From Octopus bimaculoides (taxonomy: Eukaryota), in contig NC_068986.1 in NCBI RefSeq assembly GCF_001194135.2, forward strand, positions 38,261,178 through 38,325,177: 64,000 nucleotides of DNA, written 5' to 3'. Shown here piece by piece: positions 14,030 through 27,614 of the stretch (positions are counted from its first letter, which is position 1; every line of letters begins with the position of its first letter). The notes below the pieces were generated by a model. It was not told the DNA's origin. It did not search any database and saw nothing but the letters and a program-made list of their open reading frames with translations. The position numbers and the translations under genes were made by a program.

Positions 14030-14640
14030 TTCTTATTAGGGGTTTCTGGGGTTGTATTATCTAATGTATTTTTTGTTAAAGACATTGGGTTTAGATTTGA
14101 GGGGAAAGTAGCTGGTATTTTAATCAAGTTGAGTGACCATACACAGGCTCCTTTAGTGATTGTAGCCTGTTGATGGGTGTGTCTTATATATCAACCAGCT
14201 GAATAGCTTTCTTTTGTATGCAGCTTGTGTTATTTGTGTTGTAGTAACAGTAATATTTTGGATATTTGAATCTTATACTAATGTGAATCTGACTTGGGTT
14301 TTGTAGGAAGTCAACAGATAGCCAGGACATCGGTATTTCTTCCTTATGTAAAGAAAGCTTAACCTTTGGGATATAGGTTTGACGGCCACTATGAAAGGCT
14401 GTCAGAAATTTGGAAGTGTAGTATTTGTGACAACTTTAAAGGCTTTAGTAATTTGTTGTTGTTTATGCATAAGAAGAGTGTAGTATAAGATTGATAACTG
14501 TAGTAAGTGTATTTGGTGCTTCTGAAGGAAGTTCATATCCTTATTGGAGGATGTTTCCAAGGTCTCCATGCAAGGAAGGTCTATTCATTGCTGTAGGATT
14601 ACTTGTATACATGTTTAGAAGTAAATGAAACAATGATTAA
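14030..14640 (-). mobile_element. Possible very degraded Penelope-like (GIY-YIG) fragment
   Basis: One minus frame reads SCHKYYTSKFL..TYIPKVKLS..QIHISI..NRLQSLKEP, loosely resembling the Cys-rich/GIY-YIG region of Penelope-like elements. Weak similarity, from memory. Confidence 0.25.
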
Positions 14641-15234
14641 TATCTACTAAGATGAGTGTTGGAACATGAGTTATGACACAAACACATGGCTACACACACA
14701 CACACACAAACAGCATATACACACACACACCACACGCACACACACACACACACACACACCAAACAAACTTCTTTCAAGTCCTGTCTACCAGATCCACTCA
14801 CAAAGCTTTGGTCAGCCTGGAGCTATTGTAGAATACACTCCACAAGACCACATGATTAAGAAGCAAGCTTCTTAACCACACTGCCATACCTGAACATTTT
14901 ATTCTTTCTTTATTTCGTGGTTATACTTAGTTGTTCTAGTCTTGCTTTTTTATTTTTAGTTGTTCTAACAGTTTCAAGTTCAGTCAAATCTCTTAATACA
15001 AGAACTATACTGTCTGTGAATTGAAGGTGTGTGGGAAATTCAGTGTCGATTTTTAATTCCTATTTCATCTTTCTAAAACACTTTTTTTCAAGCAGTCTGT
15101 GAGTAGTTTGAAAGTGATATCTCCCTGTCTTATGCCTTTTACTATGTGTATCTCTAAACCAAATAACTGGAAAAATCAACAGGGCCATTGAGTATTATCA
15201 AGAAGCATTTCACTCTAGTGAAATATTGGATTCA

Positions 15235-15440
15235 AATTTTGGCACAAGGCCAGCAATTATAGGGGATGGGTTAAGTTGATAACATTGACCCCAGTGCTCA
15301 ACTAGTACTTATTTTATCAACAATTAAACGGATGAAAGGCAAAGTCAACCTCAGTGGAATTTGAACTCAAAACATTAAGAGGGATGAAATGCCACTAAGC
15401 ATTTTGCCTAGCATGCTAATAACTCTTCCAGCTCACTACC
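15235..15440 (-). mobile_element. SINE family B
   Basis: Reverse complement of gagctggcagaatcgttagc...ttctgagttcaaattcc..gaggtcgactttgcctttcatcc..aataagtaccag..ctggggtc..ggccttgtgccaaaattt. Confidence 0.8.
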
Positions 15441-17399
15441 TTTTGCTCTGTAGAAATATTAATAGTAATGACAGTTTTAACAAACCAAGGTGTAGAACTA
15501 GCATATTTTATCTTAAAACATTTCTACCACCATGCTACAACTTTCATCAGACTACATAAGCATTTGAGCAAATTTTCACAGAAAAAAAGCATAACACATG
15601 CATACATATGTCATCATCATTTATGTCTGCTTTTCCATGATTGCATGGGTCAGATGGAATCCTTTGAGACAGATTTTATTTATAGCCAGATGCCGTTTCT
15701 GTCATCAATCCTCACCTGTTTCCAAGCAAGGTAATATTTTCCCCATGGTTAGATATGTTTTTCACTGGATGCAAACAACCTCGTTTATATAACAATGATG
15801 CTCATTTACCACCATCATTTGATGTCCAGACAAGGACACACACACACACACACACACATACCCATACACTCACATGATGAACTCATTTCTGTTTCTGTCA
15901 GCCAAAGTCTTCTGTTGGTTCAAGACTAAAGTAGAAGACATTTGTCCATGCAGTGGGACTGAACCCAAGACCACAAGCCACACCCCATACCTTTACACAC
16001 GTGCACACACACACATAGTGGTATTTCTGTTTTTTAATTTTGTTTGTGGTAGTAGCTGTTAGTTCAAGGTAATATCATTAAACTGTACTAGAGTCATAAA
16101 TTAAATTTAATTAGGAATAGTAGCAAGAGAATTATGTAGTTATGTGTGTCAGTCCTATCATCAACTTCTTCAGTGTCCATTCTTTCTTATCTCTAAACAC
16201 AGACTATCATGTTTACCCTATCAAGAATACAAAATGGGGAAAGACAGTATCAAGATAATGTATAAGAATAGAACTTGCAAAATGAACTTAAAAAAGAAAA
16301 ATAAATGATGAAGAGTAATCTCTACGGTTGAATGGAAAAAACAAACTTTATCAGATAAAGAAAAGTAATAAGTACACTTAGCCTTGATTACTGTTTGTAT
16401 TTTGAATGTGTGTTAGTACATGTGCATGTGCGTATATATTTTTATTTGTCTGGTGAAAAACATGTCTGTTTTTCCATGCTAGCATGGCCTAGAAGACTGT
16501 TTTTAAGGTGTTGCATTACAGATGGATGCTCTTCCTGTTGCTAATCCTTACGTTTTTCAAGTCAATGAACTACTATTTCACAAAGCCACTTGAGGACGCA
16601 GAGCCAACAGATGGTTTGTTGACAAGGGAAATAGCAACAAAGTTACAACTTATAGCTCATTGATTATCAGATAAGTGCAAATGTAAACATACTCTTAAAT
16701 AAACAAGCTTCTTTCAGTTTCCATCTACCGAATCCACCCATAATTCTTTGGTCAGCCTGGGATTATAGTAGAAGGCACTCATTTAAGGTACCATGTGAAG
16801 GGACTGAACCTGAAACTGTGATTGGGATGCAAACTTCTTAACCATACAGTACATATATGTTTGTATGTAGATATGCAGATAAATATATTTAATGCTCCTG
16901 TCTTGCATAGGCAAATCACTGTTATTAGAGCCAAAGGTTAAGGAAGAAAACTATGAAATAAACAATGCTATTTAGCAATGTCGAGGGCAAATGTTTGCTT
17001 GTAATCTCAGCATCCTTCTGTAGGCACTATAGCTTAGACTGGTATTTGTGGAAAGAAGGTGCAGCTCCTTGAATGAGTGTTTATTGACTTTTATGAAAAT
17101 AAGATTTAACTGCTTGCTTTCTAACTTTCTTCAGAACTATCAAGATGTATGTCAAAGGTGTAGTTATACATGTGTACTGTGTCAACACACATATATATAT
17201 ATAGAAATTAACCTTATAGTCTCTGTAAAATCAGTGTTTGACTGTGGTTTCTGTTGCATTGACTGGATAAAATATAAACTATCCTCTTGAATATGATACC
17301 AATCTATCACAAGTAACTCTCCTATAAATAACTGTTCCTCTTCTCAACAGCTAGAGAAGCTAAAGCTTGTAGAGTGATGTTGTTCTAAGATGCTAAAAT

Positions 17400-17720
17400 A
17401 CACATTATCATCATCATCATCATCATCATCTGAGATGCAAAAATACACATCATCATTTAATGTCTGTTGTCCATGCTGGCATGGGTTGGATGGTTTGACC
17501 AGGGCTGGTAAGCTGAGGGGCTGCACCAGGCTCCGGTCTGATGGTCTCTACAGCTGGATGCCCTTCCTAACGCCAACTGCTCCAAGAGCATAATGAGTGC
17601 TTTTACATGCCACAAGCATGGTTGCCAGTTGTGTGATACCAGTATCTTCCATAACTATGATTTCACTTGGTTTGATGGGTCTTCTCAAGCATGGCATATT
17701 GCCAAAGGTCTCCATCAATG
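17400..17720 (-). mobile_element. 5'-truncated RTE LINE 3' end
   Basis: catcatcatttaatgtc...ggatgcccttcctaacgccaac...cttctcaagcatggcatattgccaaaggtctc, which includes the end of ORF2. Confidence 0.8.
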
Positions 17721-18944
17721 ATTTCTGTCTTTAATACAAGAGGCATGAGTGATTTGTTGATTCAGTACTTGACTGGTACTGATTTTATTGAGTCCTGGAA
17801 AGATGAAAGGCAATGTCATTCTTAATGGAACTTGAATTCACAACAAACCTTTTTAATTCTAAACAATTTGATGTCTGATCATGGGACCTCAAATTCCTTG
17901 GCTGATATAAAAGTTCTACCTCAGTCTATCTCTTGGAGAAGTGGTAAGCATTCCTCCAGTGTAAAAGCAATTGTTCCAGTAATATGTAAATGAACATGAT
18001 GGAAAAGAAAACATCATCCATGATGGTGTATGTGGTGGGATGATGGCAAAAAAAAGAAAAACATCAGAAATACATGCATTTATATCATGTAACATATTTT
18101 TTGTATTTTTTTAACTTGTTATGAATGCAGCAAATTTAATATTCCATTTGTTACAACCTATTCTAACAATAGGTAAGCTAATCTTCCTGTATATAAATGA
18201 ACCAAGAATTAGAACAGATACATCTTTTGGAATGTAATGTTGCAGGTTTCATTGCACCTATTTTGTTTATATGACCTTGGCAACTGTTTATATGACCTTT
18301 GTAATATATTTATTACTCAGACAGAGCTATACATTTCTTGTATTGAAAATAAAAACTTTTAACTCTTAGATTAGTTCTGTTTATTGTAACATTGAAGGAA
18401 AATGGCCACATGTTTATTTTAATCAGGTCTGAATTATCTGGGTTAAGTATAAATATCTCTCTAACGGTGGTTTCAAACAATGTACTGCAGCACAGTGGTG
18501 CATCATGGATATTTTTCAAAACACAATTTAAGATTTTGGAAAATCCTTATTTGATGTTTGAGCATTTTGAAAACTGTTTCATTCTTCACTTTGTTATACA
18601 CTAGAAATTGGACTTTTGAATTACAGAGTAATTCAAAAGTCCAGTCTTGTCTTGTTTAATGTTGATTCTACCTGAACCTTACACTAAGGGTATATGTGAC
18701 TAAGGAATGTTCAACCTTTTTGCACACTGAATTAATAAGTTGTCCAGTTGATCAAACCACTGAATGCTTATTCATCAAAATTAACATGAGATTCCATTAT
18801 TGCCTAATTACTTTTCTACTGTCCTCACTCTCCATATCCCTAAAGATAGGCAAATGTCACTGCCTCTATCTTACACTTACGCACACATTGTTTGCATAAT
18901 TCACTCCATATTTAAATAAACTCCATTATTTTTGACAGGTACTT

Positions 18945-19039
18945 CTTGCCTTGGTGTTCAGTCCCACTGTGTGGCACCCTGGGCAAGTGTCTTCTACTAA
19001 AGCTCAGGCAGAAAAATGATTTAATGATTCATAAACTTG

Positions 19040-19077
<38 letters not shown>

Positions 19078-19400
19078 TTACTTGCACATAGCCTTGGACT
19101 GACAAGCTTTGTAAGTGAATTTGGTAGATGGAAACTGAAAGAAATCCATTGCTTTGTGTGTGTGTTTGTGTACTCTTGTTTTAGACATTACCTGATGATT
19201 GTAAATGAGCATCATCCTCATACAAGTTAGGCTGTTCATCTCCAGTCTTCTGTGAAAAACATGTCTTGGTTTGGGGAAATGTTTATTATCTTACATGGAA
19301 ACAGGTGAGGGTTGGTGAGAGGAAGGGCATCTGGTTGTAGAAAAATTTGTCTGGTCCATACAATTGTGCAACAGTGGACATTAAATCGATGATGATGATG
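18945..19400 (+). mobile_element. Chimeric SINE: family-A head plus RTE-like tail
   Basis: gttcagtcccactgtgtggcaccctgggcaagtgtc...ggaaactgaaag, (TG)n, then ggaaacaggtgagggttgg..aggaagggcatc..gatgatgatgatg. Confidence 0.75.
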
Positions 19401-21171
19401 ACTTTTCTAGTTTCATTATTATCTCTGGTCATTGATATGGTTGAAAATACAAAGTTGTAGACTAAAGAAAATATAGGTTTATTCTGGTCTGAAGTTTAAT
19501 TATTTTCCATCAGCCAGATGTTTATTCATGATATTGAAGTGAAATGTGACAAAACAATACATATGTGATTGGATAGTGATGTGGGGTCAGGTTATTATCA
19601 AAAATGGAAAAAGAATTCCTAATTTGTCTTTTTAAATATTCTTTTATTTTAAATTAATCCTTGTGATCGTTAATAATCTTATTTAAACAGTCAGCCTTCT
19701 TGTAAAAGGTTAAGCTCACTAAGAATTACTTTTCATTTTTTTTAGTTTATTTTTTTTAGTTATTGTCTTTAGAATATTGATTTAAGTTTTTACTGTTAAC
19801 TGTCTTTGGTAGCACTGGTGATTACTTTTTATTGTTAGGTTTTATGATTTTGAAGATTTTTTTTTAATGTCTTTAAATGATTCTCTCTTGGCTGGTGTCT
19901 TGTGCTATTTGCTTAAAGCTACTTCTGGAAAATTCAATAGAAAGCATTATGCTTTCTCTAAGACCTCAGATATTCTCATTAACTGAATCTGCTATTCTTT
20001 TTTTCTTGTATTTTACAAACAGCTGTGCTAGAAATTTTATCAAGTTGTGGTGGTAGCCTGGTTTTAATTACACATGTGTTATGTTATAACAGCATTATTT
20101 TTCTTTTAGATCAGGGTGTGCATTACCTAATCAGAAATGATGTTCTTATATTGTAAAATAATTGTAGCAAAATATACCTGTCTAATCTATATTAGTATGG
20201 AATAAGATACAAATATCACTACCATATTTCTGCTCTGAGCAATTAATCTGTCTAAGAACTAACCTCATTTCTTACCTTGTCTACCTTCAATCATACAACC
20301 AAACATGCTTTATTAATGTTCTTTAAAACAGATGTGTAATAAGTTACAGATTTGTTTGTTCATTTTATAGGTTAGACAAGTACATATTGAGGCATTGTTT
20401 TATAGCTGGATGTTGTTCCTGTTGCTAACCCTCACCTGTTTTTGGAATAAGAGATTTTTCATTCTACTTTTCTTTGAAAATGCACAGTTAACATAATTAA
20501 TTGACAGAGAATGTCAGCACACATCAGCATTTTCAGCTCAGCACTTTTCCTTGCAATGTGCAAAATGTACACACAAACACACAAGGTGGGCTTCATACAG
20601 TATCCATCTCCCATATTCTCTCACAAAACTTGTCAGTCCAAGGTTATGTATAAGTAAGTATATATATTTATAACTAGTTTATGAAGCATTTAGTCACCCT
20701 TCTGTAATTTCCTAAGATGTTACAAAATATTTCCTGTGTGTAACGCAGCTAAAATTTAGATACAGTTTAAATGAAAGCAGTAACTAGTTTGTATTTATAT
20801 TTACTATAACTGTTCCTGATAAGCTTAACACTGATTCAGCACTAAGTAAGATAATGACTTCCTTTGGTGTGTAAAAATACAGGTTATATTTAAGATAATA
20901 GATTGTATTAATGACAGCTGTATCAATAGAAGTAAGATTCAAACTGAACAGTTTACACACACACACACACACAAAACATAGTTACTTTTGATTTCTTTCA
21001 TAAAGAAATAAGAAAATATAATCATTTAGAAAATGAGTTGTTAGAATTCTCTGACAAATTTCAGCACCACAGTTTGTATTTTCAAGTACTGTACATGGTT
21101 TCTGTTTTTGCTGTTAGCATTGTTCAGTAATAAATATATAACTGTTTGGTGGACAGTTTAATATTTAGTTG

Positions 21172-21392
21172 GAGTAAGGCCGTGAGCTGACAGAATCGCT
21201 AGCACACTGGGCAAAATGCTTAGCACCCATTTCCTCTGTCTTCACATTCTGAGTTCAAATTTCATTGAAGTCAACTTTGTCTTTCATCCTTTTAGATTGA
21301 TAAAATAAGTTCCAGTTGAATACTGGGATCAGTGTGAGTGACTTACTCCCTCCTCTAAAATTGCTGGCCTTGTGCCAAAATTTGTAACCAAT
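21172..21392 (+). mobile_element. SINE family B
   Basis: gtgagctgacagaatcgctagc through ggccttgtgccaaaattt. Further copies at 24108-24320, 28455-28660(-), 31205-31402(-), 640-745(-) and 12765-12860(-). Confidence 0.85.
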
Positions 21393-21875
21393 AATTAGTT
21401 GGAACATATAAAGTTAACCTACAATATATGTATCTTGATCATAACAGTATTCAGTCAGAATTGTAAGATGTAAGCTATTTATTGTACAATGTAAAATGAT
21501 ACACAATCATGCAACCAACTCAATGCCTTTGGATTTCAGAATTTCAATTTGTTGCATACTGTTGAACCTAATCCTTGATTTGCTTTCACAATAGACCTTT
21601 GTTATTTCTGTTAGGGGTACATTGTTTTTGATGTTGCCACTAATAACATTTGAGTAGAGATATATATTTTCGAGGAATAGCTTGGCTATTTTGTTAACAA
21701 GGTTAAGTTGTTCATTTACTTAAAGCAAATAAGAGAGAAATCAAGAGTGCAAATAATTGAGTGTGTAGGGTACAAGATACCCAACAGAAGGTTTATTAAT
21801 TCACATCTTTTCCATTGACACTGTATTGCTCTTGGAAAAGATATGTTATCGTGAAATGATCAGATTATTCTCATC

Positions 21876-22298
21876 TTTTATCTTTTACTTGTTTCACTCA
21901 TTAGACTGCAGCCATACTGGGGCACTGCCTTGGAAAATTTTTAGTTGAATGTATGACCGACCCCAGTACTTATTATTCTTTTTAAAGCCTGGTACTTATT
22001 CTGTTGGTCTCTTTTGCCAAACTGCTTATTTATACAGACAGAAACACTCCAACACTGGTAGTCAGTGGTGGTGGTGGTGCGGCAAACACAGGCACAAAGA
22101 CCCGCATGCGCACACTCACACTTACACACATATATATATATAGGTGCAAGAGTGGCCGTATGGTAAGAAGCTTGCTTCCCAACCGCATGGTTCCGGGTTC
22201 AGTCCGCTACGTGGGACCTTGGGCAAGTGTCTTCTACTATAGCCTTGATCTGACCAAAGCCTTGTGAGTGGATTTGGTGGACGGAAACTGAAAGAAAC

Positions 22299-22337
<39 letters not shown>

Positions 22338-22640
22338 TTGTGTGTCTGTGTATGCCCCCACCACCATCGCTTGACAACCAATGTTGGAGTGTTTACATCC
22401 CCATAACTTAGTGGTTCGGCAAAAAAGGGCGATAGAATATAGGCTTACAAAGAAAATAAGTCCTGGGGTCGATTTGTTTGACTAAAGGCGGTGCTCCAGC
22501 ATGGCCGCAGTCAAATGACTGAAACAAGTAAAAGAATACATATATATATATATATATATANNNNNNNNNNNNNNNNNNNNNNNNNNNNNNNNNNNNNNNN
22601 NNNNNNNNNNNNNNNNNNNNNNNNNNNNNNNNNNNNNNNN

Positions 22641-22695
<55 letters not shown>

Positions 22696-22885
22696 TATAC
22701 ACACACATGCACACATATATTCAACAGACTTTTTTAAGTTTCCATCAAACAAATTCACTAAGAAAGCTATGGTTGGCCTGAGGTTAAAGTAAAGGACACT
22801 TGCCTAAGGTACCATGCAGTGGAACTGAACTGTGAACCATGTAGCTGGGAAGTTTCTTACCACAAAGCTACACCTGCACCTATAC
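21876..22885 (-). mobile_element. SINE family A split by an inverted family-A copy
   Basis: The 3' half is at 21876-22130 and the 5' half at 22720-22885. The plus-strand copy and an N-gap lie in the central microsatellite. Confidence 0.7.
22141..22536 (+). mobile_element. SINE family A, full length, young
   Basis: Complete head to tail with CpGs retained. Confidence 0.9.
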
Positions 22886-23394
22886 CCAGCTACACCAGCA
22901 CCTGTACACAGCCACACCTGTACTACGTTGAAGAAAGAAAAAAATAACACAGAATTGGCACAACTTGCTGTCACAAAAGCAGCGGCACTATAAAATTGAT
23001 TTATGGTCCATTAGCTGGCAATGCTTGAGATCACCTCCTGTAGTGCCTGGAGAGGGATAGCTTCTATCAAGCTGACTTAACTATGATTTGCAGCATGTTA
23101 GGAGCTATGCCATTGACTAGCTGGAAAACCTTTCAAAGTACAATAGAGTGCTTACTCAGTTTGTAGCAAATGAGTAAATACTTAATTTTATCATGGCAGT
23201 TCAGTTGGTAAGTGCACGAGTGATGTAATATGATCACCAACACAACGTGTATGTTTCCTGTGTACCACTTATACTGATATTGCTACTTGTGTTAGAAAAC
23301 AGATCACCAAAATCCATTACCTTCTAGGGAGTGTCATAAAAAATATAGGTAAGTTCTGTTACTTGGAAAATAAATATTAAGTGACAATAATGTA

Positions 23395-23740
23395 TCTTTA
23401 TCTTTTACTTGTTTTAGTTATTAGATGGCAGCCATGCTGGGGCACCACCTTGAAGAATTTTAGTCAAATAAATTGGCCCCAAGTACCTATTGTTTTTAAG
23501 TGTGGTACATATTCTATCGATCTCCTTTGCTGAACTATTAATTTATGGGGACATAACAACCACACTGGTTGTCAAGTGTAGTGGAAGGACAAACAGACAC
23601 AAAGATACACACACACACACACACACACAACATATATTTACACGATAGGCTTCTTTCATTTTCCACCTACCAAATCCACTCAGGGCTTTGGTCAGCCAAA
23701 GAAAACACAAACCCAAGGTACCATACAGTGGGACTGATCA
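23395..23740 (-). mobile_element. SINE family A
   Basis: tttatcttttacttgtt...ccaaatccactcagggctttggtc. Other minus copies at 24995-25410, 36490-36720 and 48140-48475. Confidence 0.8.
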
Positions 23741-25458
23741 CATGTCTTAATGACACATGCAATTCACTGGTGTAAGGGTGTTTCAACCTTGCTGCATGTT
23801 TCCTCAGTCACCCTTTTAGACCAATGAATGTTACAAGAGTAAATAATTTGTTCGCTGATTTCTATAAAAAAAAGCTATATAATGTTCTATCTCCCTGCAA
23901 ACTCCTGCTAGCCTATTATTTTAGTACCATAGTCTTGAATTGACCAATGCTTTGTTTGTGAAATTTTGTAGGCAGAAGCTTATCAGGTGTATGCATGTAT
24001 ACATATATACACTGATTTGTTTGCATTACATCTTTTCTTTCCATGCTGGGGAAAATTTAGTGTTTAGAAGGTAACATATGTTGCAATATTAAATTCTGCA
24101 TTAAGGCAGTGGGCTGGCAGAATAATTAGCATGCTGGGCAAAATGCTTAGCGACATTTCGCTCGTCTTTACATTCTGAGTTCAGATTTTGCTGAGGTCAG
24201 CTTTGCCTTTCTTCTCTTTGTAGTCAATAAAATAAGATCTAGTTGAGTACTGGGTTCGATGCTATTGACTTATCCCCTCCCACAAACTTGCTGGCCTTGT
24301 GCCACAGTTTGAAACAATATTGAATTCTGCATTGTCTTATGCTGTGCAACCTTCTCTTTTGTCCTCTCTCAGGTTGATAAAATAAATACCAGACATCAGT
24401 ATTGCAGTTAATATATGTATATGCTTTATGCTTTAAGTGCTTTACTCTCTATGGAACATAAGCCTTGTACCAGTGCAGTCACAGTACAATGGCTGAAACC
24501 AATAAAAGAATAAAAGAATCCAAATCCTATATGTTTTCAAAAGTTAATATTTAATACTCCAATTTGTTATAAGACATTGAAATGTCAATTATTAACAGTT
24601 TAACTCAGTAGTTTCGTAATTGCTTTGAGAGTCTGCAACATAGAATCATTCAACAAATCAGAATGCTCTGTAGTTGTACTGTTGTTGCATTTTTGTTAGT
24701 AATTCCAGATACCCTGTTTTACGCTAAGTCTTGGGACTACAGAATATATAATTTTTTTTTTTTTACTTTTTATATGGTCTGAATAAAAATGAATTGATGG
24801 GGTTGCTGTTGTACATATAGAGGCTATACTCTTTTTTTTTTCTACCATTGTTCATGTTTGTAACTGTCCATAACTCACCAGTTGGCAATGTGGAGAAAAT
24901 TACTACATTGAAATTATTGATATATTATGCAGTAATATTGCAAAACTAACAGCATCATTTTCACCATTAACTAACTAAAATTTTTTTTTTTTATTGGGCT
25001 CTTTTGTTATTTATGTGTCAGTCATTGGATGGTAGCCAAGTTGGGGCACCACTTTGAAGGGTTTAGTTAAACAAATTGACTTCAGTCCTTGTTTTTTAAA
25101 ACCTGGTACTTATCGTATTACTTTCTTTGGCCAAACTGCAGGACGTTAACACACCAACACTAATTGCTTAGTGGTGCTGGGGCACAAACACAACACAAAC
25201 TCAAGACACACACATGCATGTATGTGCGTATATATATATATAAACATAAAAACATGACAGGCTTCCAGTTTCTGTCTACCAAATTCACTCAGAAGGCTTT
25301 GGTTGGCTCAAGGCTATGGTAGAAGACACAAGGTGCTGTATAGTAGAACTGAATTCAAGACCACATGGTTGGGAAGCAAGCTTCTTAACCAGACAGCCAC
25401 ATCTGTGCCTATCACTATTCTTTATTGCATTATAAGAAAATATTTTTTGCAACAAACT

Positions 25459-25686
25459 TTAACTCTTTAGTGTTTAAGCTGGCCATATCCGGCCCAAATA
25501 TTCTACATGTTTTATATTTGAACTAGCCATATCTACTCTCTCACACCTAACCTACATTGACATTCTAAAAATAAATAATCACATCATTGAAATCTCAAAG
25601 CTATGAAATAATGCATGATTAATTCAAAACAATTTGAGTGAAAAAGCATTACATTTAACAGAGTAATCTGAACATTAAAGAGTTAA
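25459..25686 (+). mobile_element. piggyBac-like MITE P1
   Basis: ttaactctttag...aaagagttaa, body colinear with 50735-50957 and 63277-63495. Confidence 0.8.
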
Positions 25687-25927
25687 GTAACTTAAAAATG
25701 TTAATCTCTGTTTTATTTATACAATGAACCTTCATTAAAATGAACTAAAAGGAGGAAAGAATGCTCATTTTAGCCAATTGTCTGAATTTGTTTTGGTTAA
25801 CAGATAGTCGAATGGTTTATGTTTATAATACTGGAAATATACACTGTCCATGATGAACAGCATAAACAGTAAAAAAATTACGGAAAATATTAGAACTATC
25901 ATATAACTTTATAAAACATAAATATAT

Positions 25928-26480
25928 CATCACCATCACCATTTAATGTCCACTGTCTATGATGGCATGGGTTGGACAGTTTGACTGGAGCTGGCAAGCA
26001 GGAGAGCTACACCAGCCTCCAGTCTGATTTGGCATGGTTTCTATGACTGAATGTCCTTCCTAATGCCAACCACTTTACAGACTGTGCTGAGTGCTTTTAC
26101 ACAGCACCAGCACAGAACTTTTGTTGGCCAATCCTCTTCACCAGGAGAGTGGCCTTAACACGTCTGCTGTCAAGTATGGGTCTTCTGGAGTACAGTAAGA
26201 TGCCAGATATCTCAGTCCCTTGTAATCTTGCCTGAAAGGTTCAGTGTTCTGAAGGTTGTCCTTCACTACTTCATCCCATGTCTTCCATGTATTTCATCTA
26301 TTTTGAGAGATCAGCACTTCTTTATGGAGCTGTCAGCATCCATCCAAATCAGGTGACCAAACCAGTGCAGTCTTCTCTCTTGCAAACTGCATCTAATTCC
26401 TCTTATGCCTAACTGCTCTCTCAATACACTAGCACTCCGTCAAACATGTACACTTAAATTACACATCCAGTGGAGCATGA
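25928..26480 (-). mobile_element. RTE LINE 3' fragment (ORF2 end plus 3' UTR)
   Basis: Minus translation MLHWMCNLSVHV..LREQLGIRGIRCSLQERRLHWFGHL..KTWDEVVK, contiguous with the (gat)n-tailed 3' end. Confidence 0.85.
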
Positions 26481-26999
26481 AATTATTTAACATTACCCTA
26501 AAATTGAAAAGCTAATATTAAAAAAACTGTTAATTTCATTTATCTGTGGTAGATGACATGTGAGATGAATGTGGTTAATTGGGAGTAGAGTAGAAGTGAT
26601 AACTTATTATTATGAGTCATTAGAGCAGTGATGCTCCGCTGCGTCTTACTTGCTACTTGTAGAAGTATGAAGTGACTAAGGAGTGATTGAGTCAATGGCA
26701 GTTTGATCATTATTATCAGCAAGCTCAACAGCTGCTGCAGGGTTAGGATGATTTGGCTTCAAGAACAAGGTCAAAATTCAGTTGTCTCTCTTGCTGTACC
26801 TGCGTCTGGAGAAGGAATTCTGTTAAGACCCTGGAAATGTTGATGATATTTCTGAACATTAGTGTCTGTTGACTAGTCAATGTATGAAATTACTTTATCA
26901 ATGAATTCACAACTGTCAGTATGGTTTCTTTGGACATGGTTTGTTAACTTGTTCTTTCTGACTATCTTTGCTGTCATCAATAATATCGACATGCCCTAT

Positions 27000-27614
27000 T
27001 TCTTCTCTTCACACTTTGTATCTTTGGTCTCTATTGGTGTTTTCTAATTATCTACAATGGAGCCATGAACTATACAATGAATATCCAGAGTTACTCATGG
27101 TCAGTGAATTTTTAATAAAAATGTGAAGGTGATTTATCAATTCAAAAATCGATATCCTCAAAATAATCAAACTTTCTGATTTTTAAATGCTAAAAACCTT
27201 CCTGACGACCGTCTAAAAATATCGTAACCATTGGTCCAGCCATCTGGCCGTGAAGAGTGGACAAACAGACAAACACAATACCCATTATAGTAAGATTGCA
27301 AATCTGCCCATCTATGATGAGAAATAAAGGGATAGTATTGCAAATCTAAACCCTCTAAATTCATGAACTCTACGGGGTGGAAATCCAGAGTTAATCCTCT
27401 TCTCGAGAATTTTAACAAAAACAAATCAAAGATAATTTATCAATACAAACTCAATGTCCACTAAATAATCATACTTATTCACATTTTTTTCACTAAAAGC
27501 CTTCCTGATTATCTCCTTTGTAATCCCCCAAAACATCATGACCATTGGTCCAGCCATTTGACCGTAAAGAGGGAACAGACAGACAGATGGACATAATGCC
27601 TATTATAGTAAGAT
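27000..27614 (-). mobile_element. Two diverged tandem units of about 310 bp with Helitron-like 5' ends
   Basis: Both units end on the plus strand in ccattggtccagccat..gaccgt.aagag.gga.a.acagac...cattatagtaagat, i.e. minus-strand aTCttactataa followed by a (tgtc)n microsatellite. Confidence 0.5.

Noticed and set aside
23015-23215. Possible 5' UTR exon ending at cagttg|gtaagt
   Set aside because: All frames are closed, and such splice motifs occur by chance. It needs transcript data.
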